Counted from the first letter of the stretch, positions 41,073 through 55,590 are shown. The stretch: DNA of 64,000 nt from Styela clava (GCF_964204865.1 NC_135264.1:4650001-4714000); one strand, 5' to 3'. Translations and numbers: made by a program. Notes: a model not told the origin generated them from the letters alone.

Positions 41073-42723
41073 CAACCAGCTAGCTGTTGTAGGCTATTAT
41101 GCCATTGAATTGTGACTTTCCATATATCTGTCCAACTACTTTGATCTGTGGTCTTTTATGTATCGTAATGTGCATAGGACTCGTAGATGCAACCACATAT
41201 ACCTAAATTTTGTTCTTAAGAAGTGATCTGGCAGTATTTGTACACCACCTAAATGGCTGTATTTGTATTTTGAGTTGGCTATATATGCATATGACTTTGA
41301 CAGTAAATGTATATCTTGTTGGCTGTATATGTGTAAATGAGTTGGCGATATATGAATATTTTTGGCAGTATATGTATGACACCAGTTAATATTTATGTAT
41401 ACCGCAGCCGTTCGTTCACGCCTACAGTAAGTAAGGCAATTTTTTCACAACAAGTAGAAAAGAAAGAAATTCTATTCGAAAGAGGATCATGATGAAATAA
41501 ATAGCCAACTACCACGCAATATTTCAGAACACTTCGGGTAATTGAGAACACAGTCAATTGTTTTTGCGAGTTTTTCGACATATAGTCACATACTTTCCTA
41601 AAATAAAAGAATGTTTATCTCTTGAATGCGGGTTACCTCGGAAAATTTATTTTGATGAATTTGATTCCATATATTTTTCAAAATTGTTGACGTTTACTTT
41701 TTAAATAAAGTCAACTCGTTTTTTACTTTTTGAAAACCACATTAAAAATCGACTGCAGTTAGGAAACGGTCTTTTATGGAGTTTGATCTGTTTTCTAATT
41801 CCTCGTCACGCAGCTTTATAAAGATTGAAACAGTATTGTAATGTCAAACAGAAATGCAAATTCACAGGAAACTCAGACAGTCAAGCAATGATCGGTACCG
41901 GTATGGACGGGACAGTCCGGTAATAGGATTTGAAGATCTGAATCTACAGTCATTTTCACCACTTTCTGGAATGACAAAACCGATCTATCAGGGCTAGCGA
42001 AATTTGTAAGATAGGCACCAAACAATGGAGAAACTTTTATTGACATAAATTAATTACACATGATAAAATTTGTAATCTCTTGGTAAAATTTCAAAGACCA
42101 GATTATGGAAAAAATATAAAAAATTAATTCAATAACGGCGGAATTGTTGTTTTTGGCTATAGAGCAGGGGTATGCATGGGCTACAACATAATTTGTTAGA
42201 CTGGAATGGTCTCTGCAAATTAGAAGACTTAATTTGATGGGGCCATCAGAACGGGTTAGTAGAACAAATTTGATCCACAGTTTTCTTCTTATTTTATGTG
42301 TAGGGAATTCATAAGTACAAAGCATCCCTTTGAATTCTGCAGTAAACCCCAATTACACTTCGACCAGGCATTGAAATATTCTTAATGCCTATATCAAAAA
42401 TATTCAAATGGAGTGGAAATCATGACACTTATGATTAATTTAACAACGACTTTGCCTGTTCTTTTACAAGTTAGTTTGAAATCTTTACATAATCCTGCGT
42501 CTCCATTCCAATGCCTCCCAAACTCACGAAAAATCCGCCTACAATAATATCACCAATCGAAAGACGCGATATAATGCCACAGTCTAATCTAAAAAAAAGT
42601 TCAAAAATAAAATATATATACGTAGAAAGAACAAAGTAGAAGATATGGACGAATGAGATGTGGAGAGATGGATTCGAATTTATATGACGCTGTATACAGT
42701 ACGAAAAATGGGACATGTTAGTT

Positions 42724-43030
42724 CAGTAGTTCTCAAACTTTGTAAGCCTCGCCCTCTTTTTAACATTTGTCAAGTCTCGCGCCCCATCTTAAAAATATCT
42801 AACAATTAATAGGCTCCAAATAACGGGTAGTAAGGCTGAAGAATGTTTTTTTTTTCAAAAAACACGTAGCTCTCTGCAATCTCTAAACAATAAAGAAATG
42901 TAAATATCCAAAAAATGGCCGACAAAATCAAATGTAAAAATTATTTTTATTTTTAATTAACTTCACGCCCTCTTAAAAAATTGTCTACGCCCAGATTTGT
43001 GAAGCGCGCCCCACCGTTTGAGAAACACTG
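42724..43030. mobile_element. hAT-type MITE
   Basis: Termini CAGTAGTTCTCAAAC / GTTTGAGAAACACTG with 8-bp TSD TGTTAGTT. A decayed paralogous copy lies at ~22040-22285. Confidence 0.8.
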
Positions 43031-44090
43031 TGTTAGTTCGTTTAACCTGAAAGACGTGAACCAACAAACTCTCTTGATTGCGGCATACATTTTTTCAAAC
43101 CCACCAGCGACCATGAGCCTTTTTAATGAAAACTGCGACCATTTCCAGTATCACAATGCAAGATTGAATAACTTCTATCTAAATGACTGATTTCATTCCT
43201 CCCTATTAAAAAACACAATCTTATAGATAGTATTATGCGGGTTGAAAGAGGAATTACCTTGTTTGATACGACAAAACAGCAGAAATTCTAGAATTATAGA
43301 AGGTAATATGAAAAGTTTCAAATACACTGTTGCAAATGAATATTTAAAACCTTTTTTATTTAGAGCGTTGTATAAAATGTACATGTGAATGATACTTATG
43401 AATGATACAAAGTATGTAATGTATATTGAATTGATACTTCACTCCATTGGTAAAGGAGTCATATGCATAGCGTTCAGAGTCAAAGCAGGCATATTCACAA
43501 CAAATCAGCTGGGAAATATAAATGTAGTTAGGCATTTGAGTGTTCAAATTATTATTTCCTGAGAGTAGTGAGAGAAGAACATTCGCATGTGAACCTTGTT
43601 TGGCAACTTATGAAGCAAAGTCTGAAGTTCATACATTTATAGATTTTTAGACAAGAATTTAGCGCATTTTTGCAAAGCGTCCTAGATTTTTTAAACTTTC
43701 ACGTACAAAATGAAGTTTAAGCGCAACAAATCAAATATCATTTTTGTAGAAGTCAGTGATTAAGAAATTTATGGTTTATATTTTTTGTTCAATTTTGGTG
43801 TAAGTGTGCAGTAAGACCCTTGAATTGCATAAAATAATCAATTGTCACACTTGCTACAACATCCTTGCGTTATACGCATACAGATCCACCAGCACAGAGG
43901 TATATAGAGCAAAGGAATGAATTCAGTCTCACGTAACCCCAACCGTTAGTTCTATTTTTTGATTACTCTTTGAATATTTTAAAAAGCCATGATTAAATAT
44001 TTATGGTATCCAAAAAAATCAAATGTTATAACAAGTGTTTTTGTTTCATGGTAACAGAACAATTGTTTTATAGCACAATTTAACTAAGTT

Positions 44091-46302
44091 ATGACCTTAT
44101 TAAATGATATAACATACAAAGTTATTGACTGTAGCAATTTGTACTCAGTTCGGACCTTGATCGAAGAACATTACACGCCACATATCCCGCTGGGAAAGTA
44201 TTTGAAATGTACTAAAGAAGATTGGATACCGACATATTATACTCTAATAGAGGTTGGTTTATTTTATCACCAGATTTTAAATATAATATATATATATATA
44301 TATAAGTGTTTATGATAAGTCGCTTGACTTGTTTTGTTTATTAATTGTAGACTGGCAGTCATATTTCAATAACCACCCTTTCAGTTTAAGTCAAAGTTAT
44401 GTAAATCATATTATAAAAGTTGTTTCAGTTAGTTATCTTTGTTGTGTAAAAACCCAAGTCTAAGTATTATATTCGTTAGGTATGATATTTACAGTGCTGC
44501 TGAAATGATATCAAAAATATTTCCAAGCGACGAGCGATTTAGTATTTTCAACATGTATATATATAAATTGTTTTTGTTTTGCACGTGAAGCTAGTCTTAA
44601 TAGTATTTGATATATTCATATTTAATTCCAGCCTTTTTTAAGTCGAGGAAATTCAATCGGAGCTTTTTATGGTAAAGATGATGATTTGTGTGGAGTAGCT
44701 ATTAATGTAAAACCTGATCGTACTGATGAAATGAAATACTTGAACACGCTTCATTTAAACGAAAAGTATGCAGCTGTTTATCGAGTAAGATACTCTTATA
44801 TGAATTAACCATAAATTTTCCGGAAAGTTAACCGATATCAAAACTTGAAAAAAAAATCGAATATGAATTCAATAATAGTCACGAAATGTGTTTTTTTATA
44901 GGAAAAATCAACGAGACTATAGTAGAATTATGAATAAGTTTCTTGACCATGCTATATATTTGCTCTGGAAGTTTTACTACATAATATTTACAATTTTCCA
45001 AGCCAATCTCCAAACGTTTTACAAAACGTAGACCGCAATCAAGTAGGTCAACCGTGAATATTACAAATACGAATTAAAATATGACAACGATATACGCGTC
45101 GGAGACCTATTCAATTGAACGTCAGTCATTGCTGTCCTGAATATCTGAGCGGTTTTTAAACATGTTAATTTTTCGCAGCTTTTTCGAGAAAAACTACTTT
45201 TTCACAATAGTTAAGATAAGTTGTATATCGGTATGAATGAAGTCAATTGTATAAAATCTTTCGTTTTTTTTCGATTAGCTCATGTCATCGATGAGCGGTA
45301 ATGACATGCCAAATACTCTTGGAACTGACCGCTACTGGGAAATAAAAATGGTAACTGTGCATCCGAAATACAGAGGAAGAGGTTTGATGACTGAACTTGT
45401 CAAAAGGTATGAATATCCAGTAGCATGGTAGTGACTTTCAGTAAAAATTAATGAAAACATTGTTGTAAGTACATTGCTAGCACCAGCTGAAAGTTTGTTG
45501 CCGACGCTATGTGAAGCGATTCTCGGATTATAAAATTCACGGTCTATACAATTTAATGACGACAAAAGGCCAATTTATTGTTTTCAATTTCAGCTTACTC
45601 GTTCGACTGGAGCAATAACTGGATTAGCTATTACTATATGAGACCTAATTTGATAATACTAATCGACATCAAATTAATATATATATATTATATTCTAAGA
45701 TTTTGATATTAGCCTTGTTTCTTATGAAATCAACTAAAGATGACATCGCGTTTATAAATAATTCATAGACCGTTTTCCATCAATTACAATAAATTAGTGT
45801 CACTCTGATTTAGTTTTTATTATTTACGCCTTCATCACTGCCATTGTTTTGCATGGTGTCAAGTAAAGATAAAGGACGGCAACAATTTGTCGTACTCATA
45901 CTAGTCAACCAAATTGCATGTTGATTATGGCATTCCAGGAAACAAATCACGAGAAATTTATAATAAATAATATTTTCTTGGATAATTTTGCTCATTCATG
46001 TGTTAACAATCGTTTTGGGCCTAGAAAAAATAATTCAATATATTTTGCATCATATGCGAGTCAAATGAAAACTCATTTTGTTAAGGTCCACAATCTTGGC
46101 CAAACAAAGGGGAATAGAAAAACTGGTGATGTTTCAAACATACGACCAAAGCTTGAAGTCTCCGGAAAAAATGGATGGCTTTGAAATTATTAGACAGTTG
46201 GATTTGAGGGAATACGTTGATTCAGTCACGGGCAAGAAAGAGTTTTCAGGAATGAAGCCGCCATACCACTTACAAGTCATTATTGTCAAAAAAGTATGCT
46301 AG
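44091..46302 (+). CDS. AANAT-like GNAT copy D, 219 aa; exons 44091-44252, 44632-44784, 45279-45406, 46086-46302
   Basis: Same exon lengths, GT-AG introns and an open frame. Motif A is VTVHPKYRGRGL. Confidence 0.88.
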
Positions 46303-47249
46303 AGTATATAAAGAGAAATTACGGATGGCAAGCATTGTTGAAAGTACATATTTGGTAATCTTTTAAAAAAATGTGGATGCATGGAACAGGGTTATCCAAA
46401 TCTACTGAATATTCGAATATCAAAGGACTCGAATACTCATTTAGCTTATTTTCGAATAATGGTCCCTTTTCCGCCACAGCAAAACAATTTTCTGCGATTT
46501 GTCATGTGTTGTTACGGCGATAAAATAGAATCGGCACCTTGAATATATGTTAACTTCTGTGAGAGCGTGCGGCCATGTTGTTACGACATTTTTGCACGGT
46601 TAGGATTTACATATTTATCCCTACATATTACTTAAATTTAGGCGGGATGCTATAGTTCTGGGTTTATATATATGGTTTCTAATTTTATTGGTTAGTAAGA
46701 GTTGATCATTCACCCTACATCTTATCGTGGACGTCGGTTGCAAACAAAAGCAATAAAACACTTTGCGTCGTACTTAACCATGATCCATGTATCATGCGAG
46801 TGTTCATATTCAAGTTTAGACCTTCATGATTTTTGCTATATTGAAGAAATAATGAACACCTATAGACTGAAGTAATTAATTAAGAAATTTTATTGGTTCT
46901 GTTTTTTGGGGTTACAATTAAAAATATAATTATTTTCAATTGAGATTCCAGTCTAGTGAAAAGTTTGATACCTACTGGTCAATGCTATCTACCTATGCCC
47001 TGGAATATAGTTCCACGAGTTCAGCATTGGAAAGAGTATTTGGTGAAAAAAAATCAAATCTTCTGTAAAAGAATCATTTTTCTTGAATAAGTGTTTATTA
47101 AATAGCCCGTCCCCATCGTGACAAGCGAGGAGGCACCAATTTACGGAGGGAAAAGGTTGCATCGGTCAATGTGATATTTGTGAGTCAACTTACCATTGGA
47201 AAAAAACTGTGGTATGAAGAAGAGTTTGGCTTGCTGACTATTTGTAAAA

Positions 47250-48900
47250 TTTGATCAATCTAAAATAGAATTGATTCCATGAAATATATATAGTAGATAA
47301 TTTTTCAAGTTCAGTAATGAGCGAAAAGTCCTATACAAATCATGACACTGGTGTAATAGTTTATTAGAAACGAGAGTAAACCAGCTCATACAAATGATAT
47401 TTAAATATCCAGGGCATGTCAAAATTTACGATTGATTGCTTTCGTACAGTTGCACAAGTAATTTTCAAAAGGCTACGGTGAAAGTAATGGCTAACCAAAG
47501 GGTTGCGTGCTGGTATTCGCCACAAAAATAAAATGTTCAATTCCCACATTTTGAAAAGAAGTATAAGTACTTTTCTACAAATGGAAGACAGGAAGGCAAG
47601 TTGGTCCAAACAACCTTCCAGCACGCTTTCTTAAATCAGTTGCTGATCTCCCTGCGCCATGTTTAGTTGAATGTTTCAATTTCGTTCGAAATCTTTCCTG
47701 CGTGTCTCAAAATTACTCGGGTGATTCCCCTTTTCAAATCTGGCAATAAAAAACGGGTGTCCAATTACAGACCAAGTTCGATACTTTCATTGATAAATAA
47801 AATATTCGAGCGTTTGATTTATAAGCGGCTCACTAATGTTTTTATAAAACATGATGTAATAAATATATCTCAAATTGGTTTTAAAATAATCTATCTACAT
47901 CGCATGCTATTTTGGATTCAATATCATATATCTATGATAAACTAGAACGGATAATGTTTGAAAGTGCAACATTTTGAGATCTAAGGAAGGCCTTCGATAC
48001 CGTAAATCATGACATCCCAGTTTACAAGTTGAGACACTTCGGTATTAGGGGTATAGCAAACAAATTCATTTATTTATAGTTATTTAGGTAATATATTTCA
48101 ATATGTTCAAGTCGGGTCGTATTCTTCCTCTCTTTTACCAGTGACTCACGGAGTTCTTCAAGGTAGTTGTTTGGATCCACTGCTTATTTTAGTATATATT
48201 AACGACATATCTTATCTCTCTTCATTCTTTTCCAAATTGATTACTGAAGATACTAATCTCCTTTACAGCGACAAATCTTGAAGTGAATTCTGAAATTGCG
48301 AAAATATCTAATTGGATGAGGTTCAATAACCACACCAACGCAAATCTAAAAATGGTATCGCGATCCAAATTAATGATAAAAAACTTGAAAATGTTTTTTC
48401 CTATAAATATCTTGGCGTATACATAGGTAGCAAAATGAAATGAGATGTTCACGTATCCAAATTGGCCGTTAAATTATCTAAGTCGGTTCGAATACTATAC
48501 AAGCTTAAAATTTACATTGCCATTGACACTACGGATGATTTACTGCTCCTTATTTCAGAGCCATATCCAATATGGCACAATCAGTGGCGTATCTACATAA
48601 AATTGCGCCCATGACAAAATTTGAAGAGATGCGCTCCCCTAGAGAGTTAGTTCACAATTTATAATGACTCTCATGGGAATGAGTTAATTGTACGTTAATA
48701 TTTAAGTAAAACTACGAGTTTCAGGTATTACCAATTTGAAATTATTTTATTGAAACATTCAACGAATGAAACTTTTCTCTTTTTTTGCGCCCTGTCCAAA
48801 CGGCGCCCATGGCACGAGCCATGGCTGCCACACCCTAGATACGCCACTGGGCACAATTGCCTAGGGTTCAGCTGATGAAACCCTGTTACATCGCCGAGCA
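47250..48900 (+). mobile_element. Decayed CR1/L2-group LINE ORF2 (RT) fragment
   Basis: IFPACLKITRVIPLFKSG..NYRPSSIL, DLRKAFDTVNH and GV.QGS.L.P motifs, interrupted by stops and frameshifts. Shorter related pieces lie at ~28340-28760 and ~33500-33730. Confidence 0.8.
48582..48849. mobile_element. hAT-type MITE inserted in the decayed LINE
   Basis: 14-bp TIRs CAGTGGCGTATCTA / TAGATACGCCACTG with 8-bp TSD GGCACAAT. Confidence 0.9.
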
Positions 48901-50030
48901 ATCCGTGCGATGTCTGCTGGCAGACATTTTAGTGCCTTTTTTCACTTGATTATGATTTATCGTAACGAATGACAAGTCTTAGCAAAGCTTTATTGTTATC
49001 AACCCTTCTTTGTATCGAGCAACTTGTCACAAATTTTAGATCGTCATTTGGGAGTTGAGAATATGGAGTTTTTCATGATTTTTGCATTATTATTGCTTAT
49101 TGAAAGAGTGCAAATCAACGTTCCACTCCGTTAACGTGTGTTTTATAACACGGTGGGAACACGCAGAGTAGGGTCGATTACCCCTATAATGTAACTGGTG
49201 AAATAGAAGTTGCACAAGATGTATGAGCATGATCGATGCTGTCGTCAGTTACAGTTGACAGATCGTGACTTTGCAGTTCTCGTGACTTTGGACTTCTCAG
49301 TTGTGTCACCGCAGATCAATATTGGCATCATTTCCTTTATCTCGTGTACTTGCTTCGGAATATTATTATCATGTGCCCGTTATGTTGTGTAAGGCTTTTT
49401 AAGCATGGTTGTAAACATTGGATCGGTTCGTATTTATGGTTTTGAGTGCCATTTATAGGTTTTTAATTATGTTTCAAAATTCAGACAACTCAATGGTCAT
49501 TTCGTCTGATCGACTTTTGTTTTAGTTTTCGTAATCCAAAATTAGTTCTAGAAAAACTCCGATAAACAAAAGTAGATACCAGTTTTATTTTTAAATTATA
49601 AGCGGTTAGGTATTCGAATCAAAGTAGAGCCCCAGACTTCGGTTCGGGGAAATCTGACAGCAGCATGTCTTGTCTCTTTATCAGAAAAAACTAAACAAAA
49701 ATGCCTTTCACATCAGACAGGGGTTGTGCAACATAGGCTATCGTACTGACTGATATCCCTAAGCTGATATTTTGCAGGTGTGCTTGGCCCTTTTAGCGAA
49801 TATTAGAGTGCAGATATGTTTTGTTAGAGTGTACTGTAAAATTAGCTTGAGAAAGTTATTACATAATATCATTATTGAAAATAACATATATATATATATA
49901 TATTTGATTTTTATTGCATATGCATATTATCCTTGGTAGACTGTTATATCATCCATTTCATCCAAATTTTCAAATGAAGACAAATTTTAGCAATTGTTTG
50001 TAACTTGTTACTTTATGATAAATCTATATT

Positions 50031-51673
50031 ATGGCGTCAATAACAAATCTCACTTACAAAATTCTGAGCGTAAAACATCTATGCGCTGTTAGGAATTTGG
50101 TCGAAGAACATTTCACATCTACGTACTTATTGGGAGTATACTTAAATTGGACGAAAGAAGATCTGATTCCTGCATATTATTCTCGGATAGAGGTAATGGA
50201 GTGTAGCCTATACTTGACCTTATACGTATGGGACTATGAGCATGAGGCAAAAATAAACTCCCAAGTTTTAATTTTTGATAAAATAAGCAAGAAAAACTTT
50301 TGGTAAATTTCTATTACATACACAACAAGGCATTTGATCGCCATTTTGCGTAAACTACGTAATTGCTACTCGCTTGTTATGATATCTTTTATGTAGATAT
50401 CTAGGGTCTCTTTCTGTCCAATACCGAATTGTTTGTCTATTGACCCAAACTTATAAATAAAAGTGATCGTCATCACTGGTAATTAGAATATCATTCGCAA
50501 GAACAGTTACCTATTTTTTGTTAGTGAGAAAACATTCCACAGTAAATGCGGGGTCTTTACTTTACCTGCCCAAGCCTCATGTTTGCTCCAAAGAATTTCA
50601 TAGAGTTTATATCAAATCACTTGTTATTGTAATCTTTAGAAAACTAGAGACTGAATAGTAGTTCTGTTCAAATAAATTTACTTAAACTAGGTGAGCATCA
50701 AACTGCAAGAGCAATAGCCATGACAAAAATTTCTATTATTCTCTTATTATTCTATTATAGGTTAATTACACAATTAATCCATAGTAAATAATGGAATATA
50801 TATATACTACATAAGGATATTGCTAATTTATCGACTACGTTGTTAATACCGGTATCAATAAAATAAAATACTCTGTATTTATTTTACCAAATCAGTTCAA
50901 TGAATTGATCTCTTAAATATTTTCGTCTTGAGAACATTGAGTGCTTTTATATAAATATAATACTCTATTTCATTTCAGTCTTTCTTAAGGCAAGGAAATT
51001 CACTCGGGGCATTCAGTGATAAAGATGCTAAATTACGTGGAGTTGTCATCAAAGTGGAACACGACGATAATGAAAAAATAAAATATGAAAAAGCACTACA
51101 TATCAGTGAAAAGACAGATACTATAAATCGGGTAGAAAATATATTTTTGACTTCAATTTACTTTGAATATTCTTTTGCGATATTGCCCGTAAATGTATTA
51201 AATTAAACAATACATATGTTTATATGTGTAAAGCTCATGGTGGCAATTGGAGTAAATCAATTATCTGACATTCTTGGAACCAAAAAATTTTGGGAGATGA
51301 GAATGGGAACTGTGCATCCAAGTTACAGAAGGAAAGGACTATTGCCTGAACTTACAAAAAGGTAAGATCAGTGAATGTATTTATAGTGATACAACTTTTT
51401 CTGAACTTATTATCATCATATCGATATTAAAACTTTACTATTTTCTTGAAATTTAGATCTACAGTTCTTGCCAAACAAAGGGGAATTGAGAAACTTGTAG
51501 CATGTCAAACATATAATAAAGCTCTGGTAGAACCTTCGAAAATGGACGGATTTGAAGTAATCAGACACATTGAATTGAAAAACTATCTTGACCCCGTCAC
51601 AGGGCACAAAGTTTTTTCGGGGATGAAACCACCAAATGACGTGCAAGTTTTAATCGCTAAAACTTTGACTTAG
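50031..51673 (+). CDS. AANAT-like GNAT copy E (divergent subfamily II), 219 aa; exons 50031-50192, 50979-51131, 51234-51361, 51457-51673
   Basis: Exon lengths and phases identical to copies A, C and D. Motif A is GTVHPSYRRKGL. Introns 2 and 3 are short (102 and 95 nt). Confidence 0.88.
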
Positions 51674-51694
51674 TGAGATCCTGTGCTCTCATAT

Positions 51695-53448
51695 CAGGGG
51701 TCGGCAAACTGTGTCACGCGAGCTAATTTGTTGCGGCCCTCGAACGACCTGACATTTAATACATACAACAAAAAATTGATCCTAAATTTATTATTCTACT
51801 ACACTAGTCATTACACGGATATATGTGTTAACAAGTGCAGCTGTACGGTACTTGTTTTGTAATAAGTAGCATCAGTTGTATGTCGCTCGAGATGAATTTG
51901 ATTTTTAAAAGAAAAGGTAAAAATGTCTTGGAAACGGAGGGAAGTTTGCGACGAGAGTCGAACATTTTTTTGGTAAACATTTTGTAAAATTCTAAGAGAA
52001 TACATTTGCTCCATGCGATGGTATGGCATTCCTCCAGTTGTATTCAAGGTCGTATACTTCGATGAAGTTTGATTCAAATTGATCAATATGGCTTTTGAAT
52101 TTATTAAGAACCTTATTTTGTATTTCCTGTATATCCCATGCATTTATGAAACTATTGTTCCTATCTAGACGAATTTTTAGGTTTATTATCTCCAGTATTA
52201 AATTGCGAAGATTTCCATAACCACTGTATTGTTATGGCCCTCGTATGTATTTAAAAAAATATTTTGTCGTTCAATGTTTAGCAAGTTTCCGGTTATGGCT
52301 TGTACACTTCGGGTGATGGAATTATGAATTTTTATATACGTAGGACACGAGAGAAAGATGTGCGGAGTTGCATCGACGGCTCTTTTACAGAAATTGCATG
52401 CTGGTGTTTGGAGCTGCGGGGTTCCGAAGTTTCTCAGCAGGCCGTAAATCCATTTGCGATGTCTCAACAAATATGCGTCGCGTTTAATTCTATACGACAC
52501 TTCGCGTTCTTGGTTTGTGAAAAGTGACTTTAAACTGGGTTCTAAATAGTTTAAATTCAAATAGTTTTTCTTAACCAATCAGTATTATCTTGATTGTTTT
52601 CATACAATCTATCTTGTAGTTTATGATAGATTGATGTCAATGTCAAATCTTGCCAATCGTCGGGTTCTAAATTCAATATCTGGTTAATGTTCAAAATGTG
52701 TTGCCAGTGGGCGTCGATTTGAATCGCATGAGGAAAAGAGTTGCTGTATATAGATTTTTTTATTGTTTCAAGCCTCGAACCGAGAGTGTAAAAACCCTCG
52801 AAATGCCAGAATTTGCTTGGTTCTTTAATATTGTAGATGGTTGCTAATTTCTGGAATAGGCATGCATATGACTTTAGCTTCATGTCGACCATACCTATTC
52901 CGCCCTTCCTTATGGGTAGGAGCATTCCAAAGTGCTTGGACGCGAGAACATTTTTCGTTCTTGCGCATTCCAAAACCAGTTTGCTCGATTTGCCCGGTCA
53001 GCATCGCAGGTACTAATTAAGGGAATTAATGTTAAACTCGTTATGAAACGTGTCATCAAAAATTCGTCATCTGAGCGACAGTGCAAAACGTGTAATCTGC
53101 ACGTTCGGAAGCTCAATATGCTTTATCTAAAACGCATTACACTTAGAATAAATTTCGTACTCGCTTGTCAGATCGTCATTTGGACGACCGCGGGCAATGT
53201 GCCATAGAAACATCATCCTTTACATTGATAATAAGTAAACAAAAACGATGCATTGTTTGATAAGATATGATAAAAGGCCACATATACGTCTCATTCTTGC
53301 CGGCTTTTAACACAGCAATAGAAGGTGCGAATGCACTATTATTTGAAGTTTAATGTAGTGATTGTTCGAAGGCGGAAATATTGCGGCCCGCGCGCTACCG
53401 GAAATGTGTATATTTGGCCCGCAAGTACATAAAGTTTGCTGACCACTG
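51695..53448. mobile_element. hAT-type MITE carrying a Tx1/L1 insertion, 21 nt after the copy-E stop
   Basis: Termini CAGGGGTCGGCAAACT / AGTTTGCTGACCACTG. Same family as the empty element at 56270-57047, in the opposite orientation. Confidence 0.8.
51967..52919 (-). mobile_element. 5'-truncated Tx1/L1-clade LINE (ORF2 C-terminus)
   Basis: LPIRKGGIGMVD.. and PACNFCKRAVDATPHIFLSCP (C-terminal CxxC..H..C). Short poly(A) on the minus strand and approximate TSD GAACATT/GAGCATT. Confidence 0.8.
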
Positions 53449-55414
53449 CTCTATATGGAGAACGGCATAACCACGCTAACTCGTGATTTTGCCCAGTCCG
53501 CGTGCGACTTAATAATGCATTAGAAAATATAGCCTACGTATTTGTCTCATTCCCGCCTCAAAAGTGAACATTGTGTTTTTAATTATGCTTACTGCATTTC
53601 GATAATTAAAAAAAAAAAAACATTTACGTTGAATTATCTTTATGTTTTAGAATAAACCCAATGCCTCGTCCATTGTCAAATATTTTTGAAAACATTTTCA
53701 TTAATATATGTAAATTGAATTGAATATTTACAAGAATTTGTTACTATATAGCCTACTGACAGTGAGAAAAGATTAATTTCTTTATCTTCCAGATGCTGTG
53801 AAATTTCCTAATAGTTTTCAATCTCAGCATTCATACAGGTTAAATATTATACAATATTTTACAATATTTAACTCCCTTCTAATCTATAAGTTTCCGCTTA
53901 CCAAGTATTACTTATATATTTAATGATATTAAAAAACATTACAAAAATTGGTGATATTTTAAAAATTTGTAGTTCTATGTTGCAGTTAGTATAATAAATA
54001 AATTACGCAGCTTCTGATTGCTCGTCGATGGTTTTCATAGTCTTCACTGTCGTGACATTGAGTTATTATTGGACTTGGAATGGGTCGATTTTCTAAATTG
54101 TTGGTATTTTTGTAAGAAAAAAGCTCCTGACTGTAAGCAAATGACCAAGCAAGTTTCTATTTTTCGTACGTCAAGATGGTTATTACTTTTATTTGTTCAA
54201 ATTTTCTCATGTGGGTCTTTGGGACACGATATTTCACCCCTAATGGGACACAGGGAATTGGAGGGGGCGGAGAGAATTTGGAGGGAAACCACAATACTAA
54301 GCGCAAAATCGTTTTTAATGCGAATTCGTTTGCATACTTTTCCAATTATAAGAAAATTGTTTTTCTTAGTTTCACTATAACTGAAGGGCTATTACCAGTC
54401 ACATGGTGTTTTCACTTGTGTATAAATTATTTGATCATAATGTGATTTCTACCTACTAAAATACCACTACAAGTAGGCTATCTCTGTGCTCTGCGAAAAC
54501 TAACTTTTGTAGTAGGTTGACAGGCCGTCTAACGTTCAGAAAAGGGTTGATCTATTATACTTTCGGCAGTTTCACGAGACTGCGAGTCGTCGTAAAAATG
54601 TTATAGACACAGAAAAATAAATTTTCAAATATTCCCAGGAGAAGCCAATTGGATGACAGTTACGTTGTCTTCAGTTTTACCAAATTAAATCAAAATGGAC
54701 TAGATTTCGAATGCGCAGAATGTGTACCTTGCTCGTATTTTTGGATTGATGAACAGTGGGGAGCCACGAGTGCTAAAAGCCTCCGAAAGGGTGCCACGGA
54801 CCATGAAAGGTTTGAGAACCACTGATCTGGAGTTCGTAAGGTTTTATCGTACCGGTTAAACATGTAATTGATAATTGCTCTCTTGTTTTATTGTCATATA
54901 CTCATATGACATTTTATTAAATTTTGCCGAGAATTCATTGATTCATAATTTATTCAAACCTGTATTCTTGATTGCAAGATCTGGATTGTGTATCATAGGC
55001 TTAAGCATTTGTTAAATCGTTCGATTGAACTTTTCCACTTGTCCATCAGAACGAGGGTAATATGGTGGGGTAATTTCGAAGTTTTAGAAACAATTAGAGT
55101 AATAAAAAATAGTAGATAATACATAAATATTAATACATAATGAAGGAAATTAATCATCAAATATGCTTTTGTTTTAGGTATAGGATTTATATATACCAGT
55201 ACCGGTATATGCGAGTTGCAGTGCTACAGCAAAGAAATAACCATGCAAAGGACTGAATGCTCATGATATTCAAGATTATACATCAACGAATAGTGATATT
55301 GACAATGCCGTTCGCATTGCAGCATGGTAGACAATACAATGCAAGTCAATATAGGGGTTTTGCAGTATTCATCTTTTCACAAATCTGACACAGTTAGTCC
55401 TAACAAAAGCCAAA

Positions 55415-55590
55415 TTACTGACATAAACAAGCATCAAGGTAAAGATTTTTTAATGCTTGTTTGAATAGAATATAATTTATGGAACTGATTGAATCAGGAA
55501 GCGTATTCCATACTTTCACACCCACAAATTTTATAGTGTTTTGTGTAAATTTAGCAGAGTAACGAGTTACATAATAAGAGCTGCTGGTAG
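55415..55590 (-). mobile_element. CR1/L2-group LINE ORF2 extreme C-terminal fragment
   Basis: YYVTRYSAKFTQNTIKFVGVKVWNTLPDSI resembles FFITRTNSKFAQNSIRIMGPKIWNDIPD of the 1-1443 element. Confidence 0.65.

Larger units (their letters stand above)
47244..54120 (+). repeat. Segmental duplication unit 1 (paralogous to 57094-64000)
   Basis: Colinear, highly similar sequence including the decayed LINE, MITE, GNAT gene and MITE+Tx1 composite. Offset is ~9.85-9.89 kb. Confidence 0.9.

Noticed and set aside
51416-51646. Antisense ORFs over GNAT exons (also 61310-61540, 31336-31584, 25314-25526)
   Set aside because: These are shadow frames of the plus-strand coding exons.
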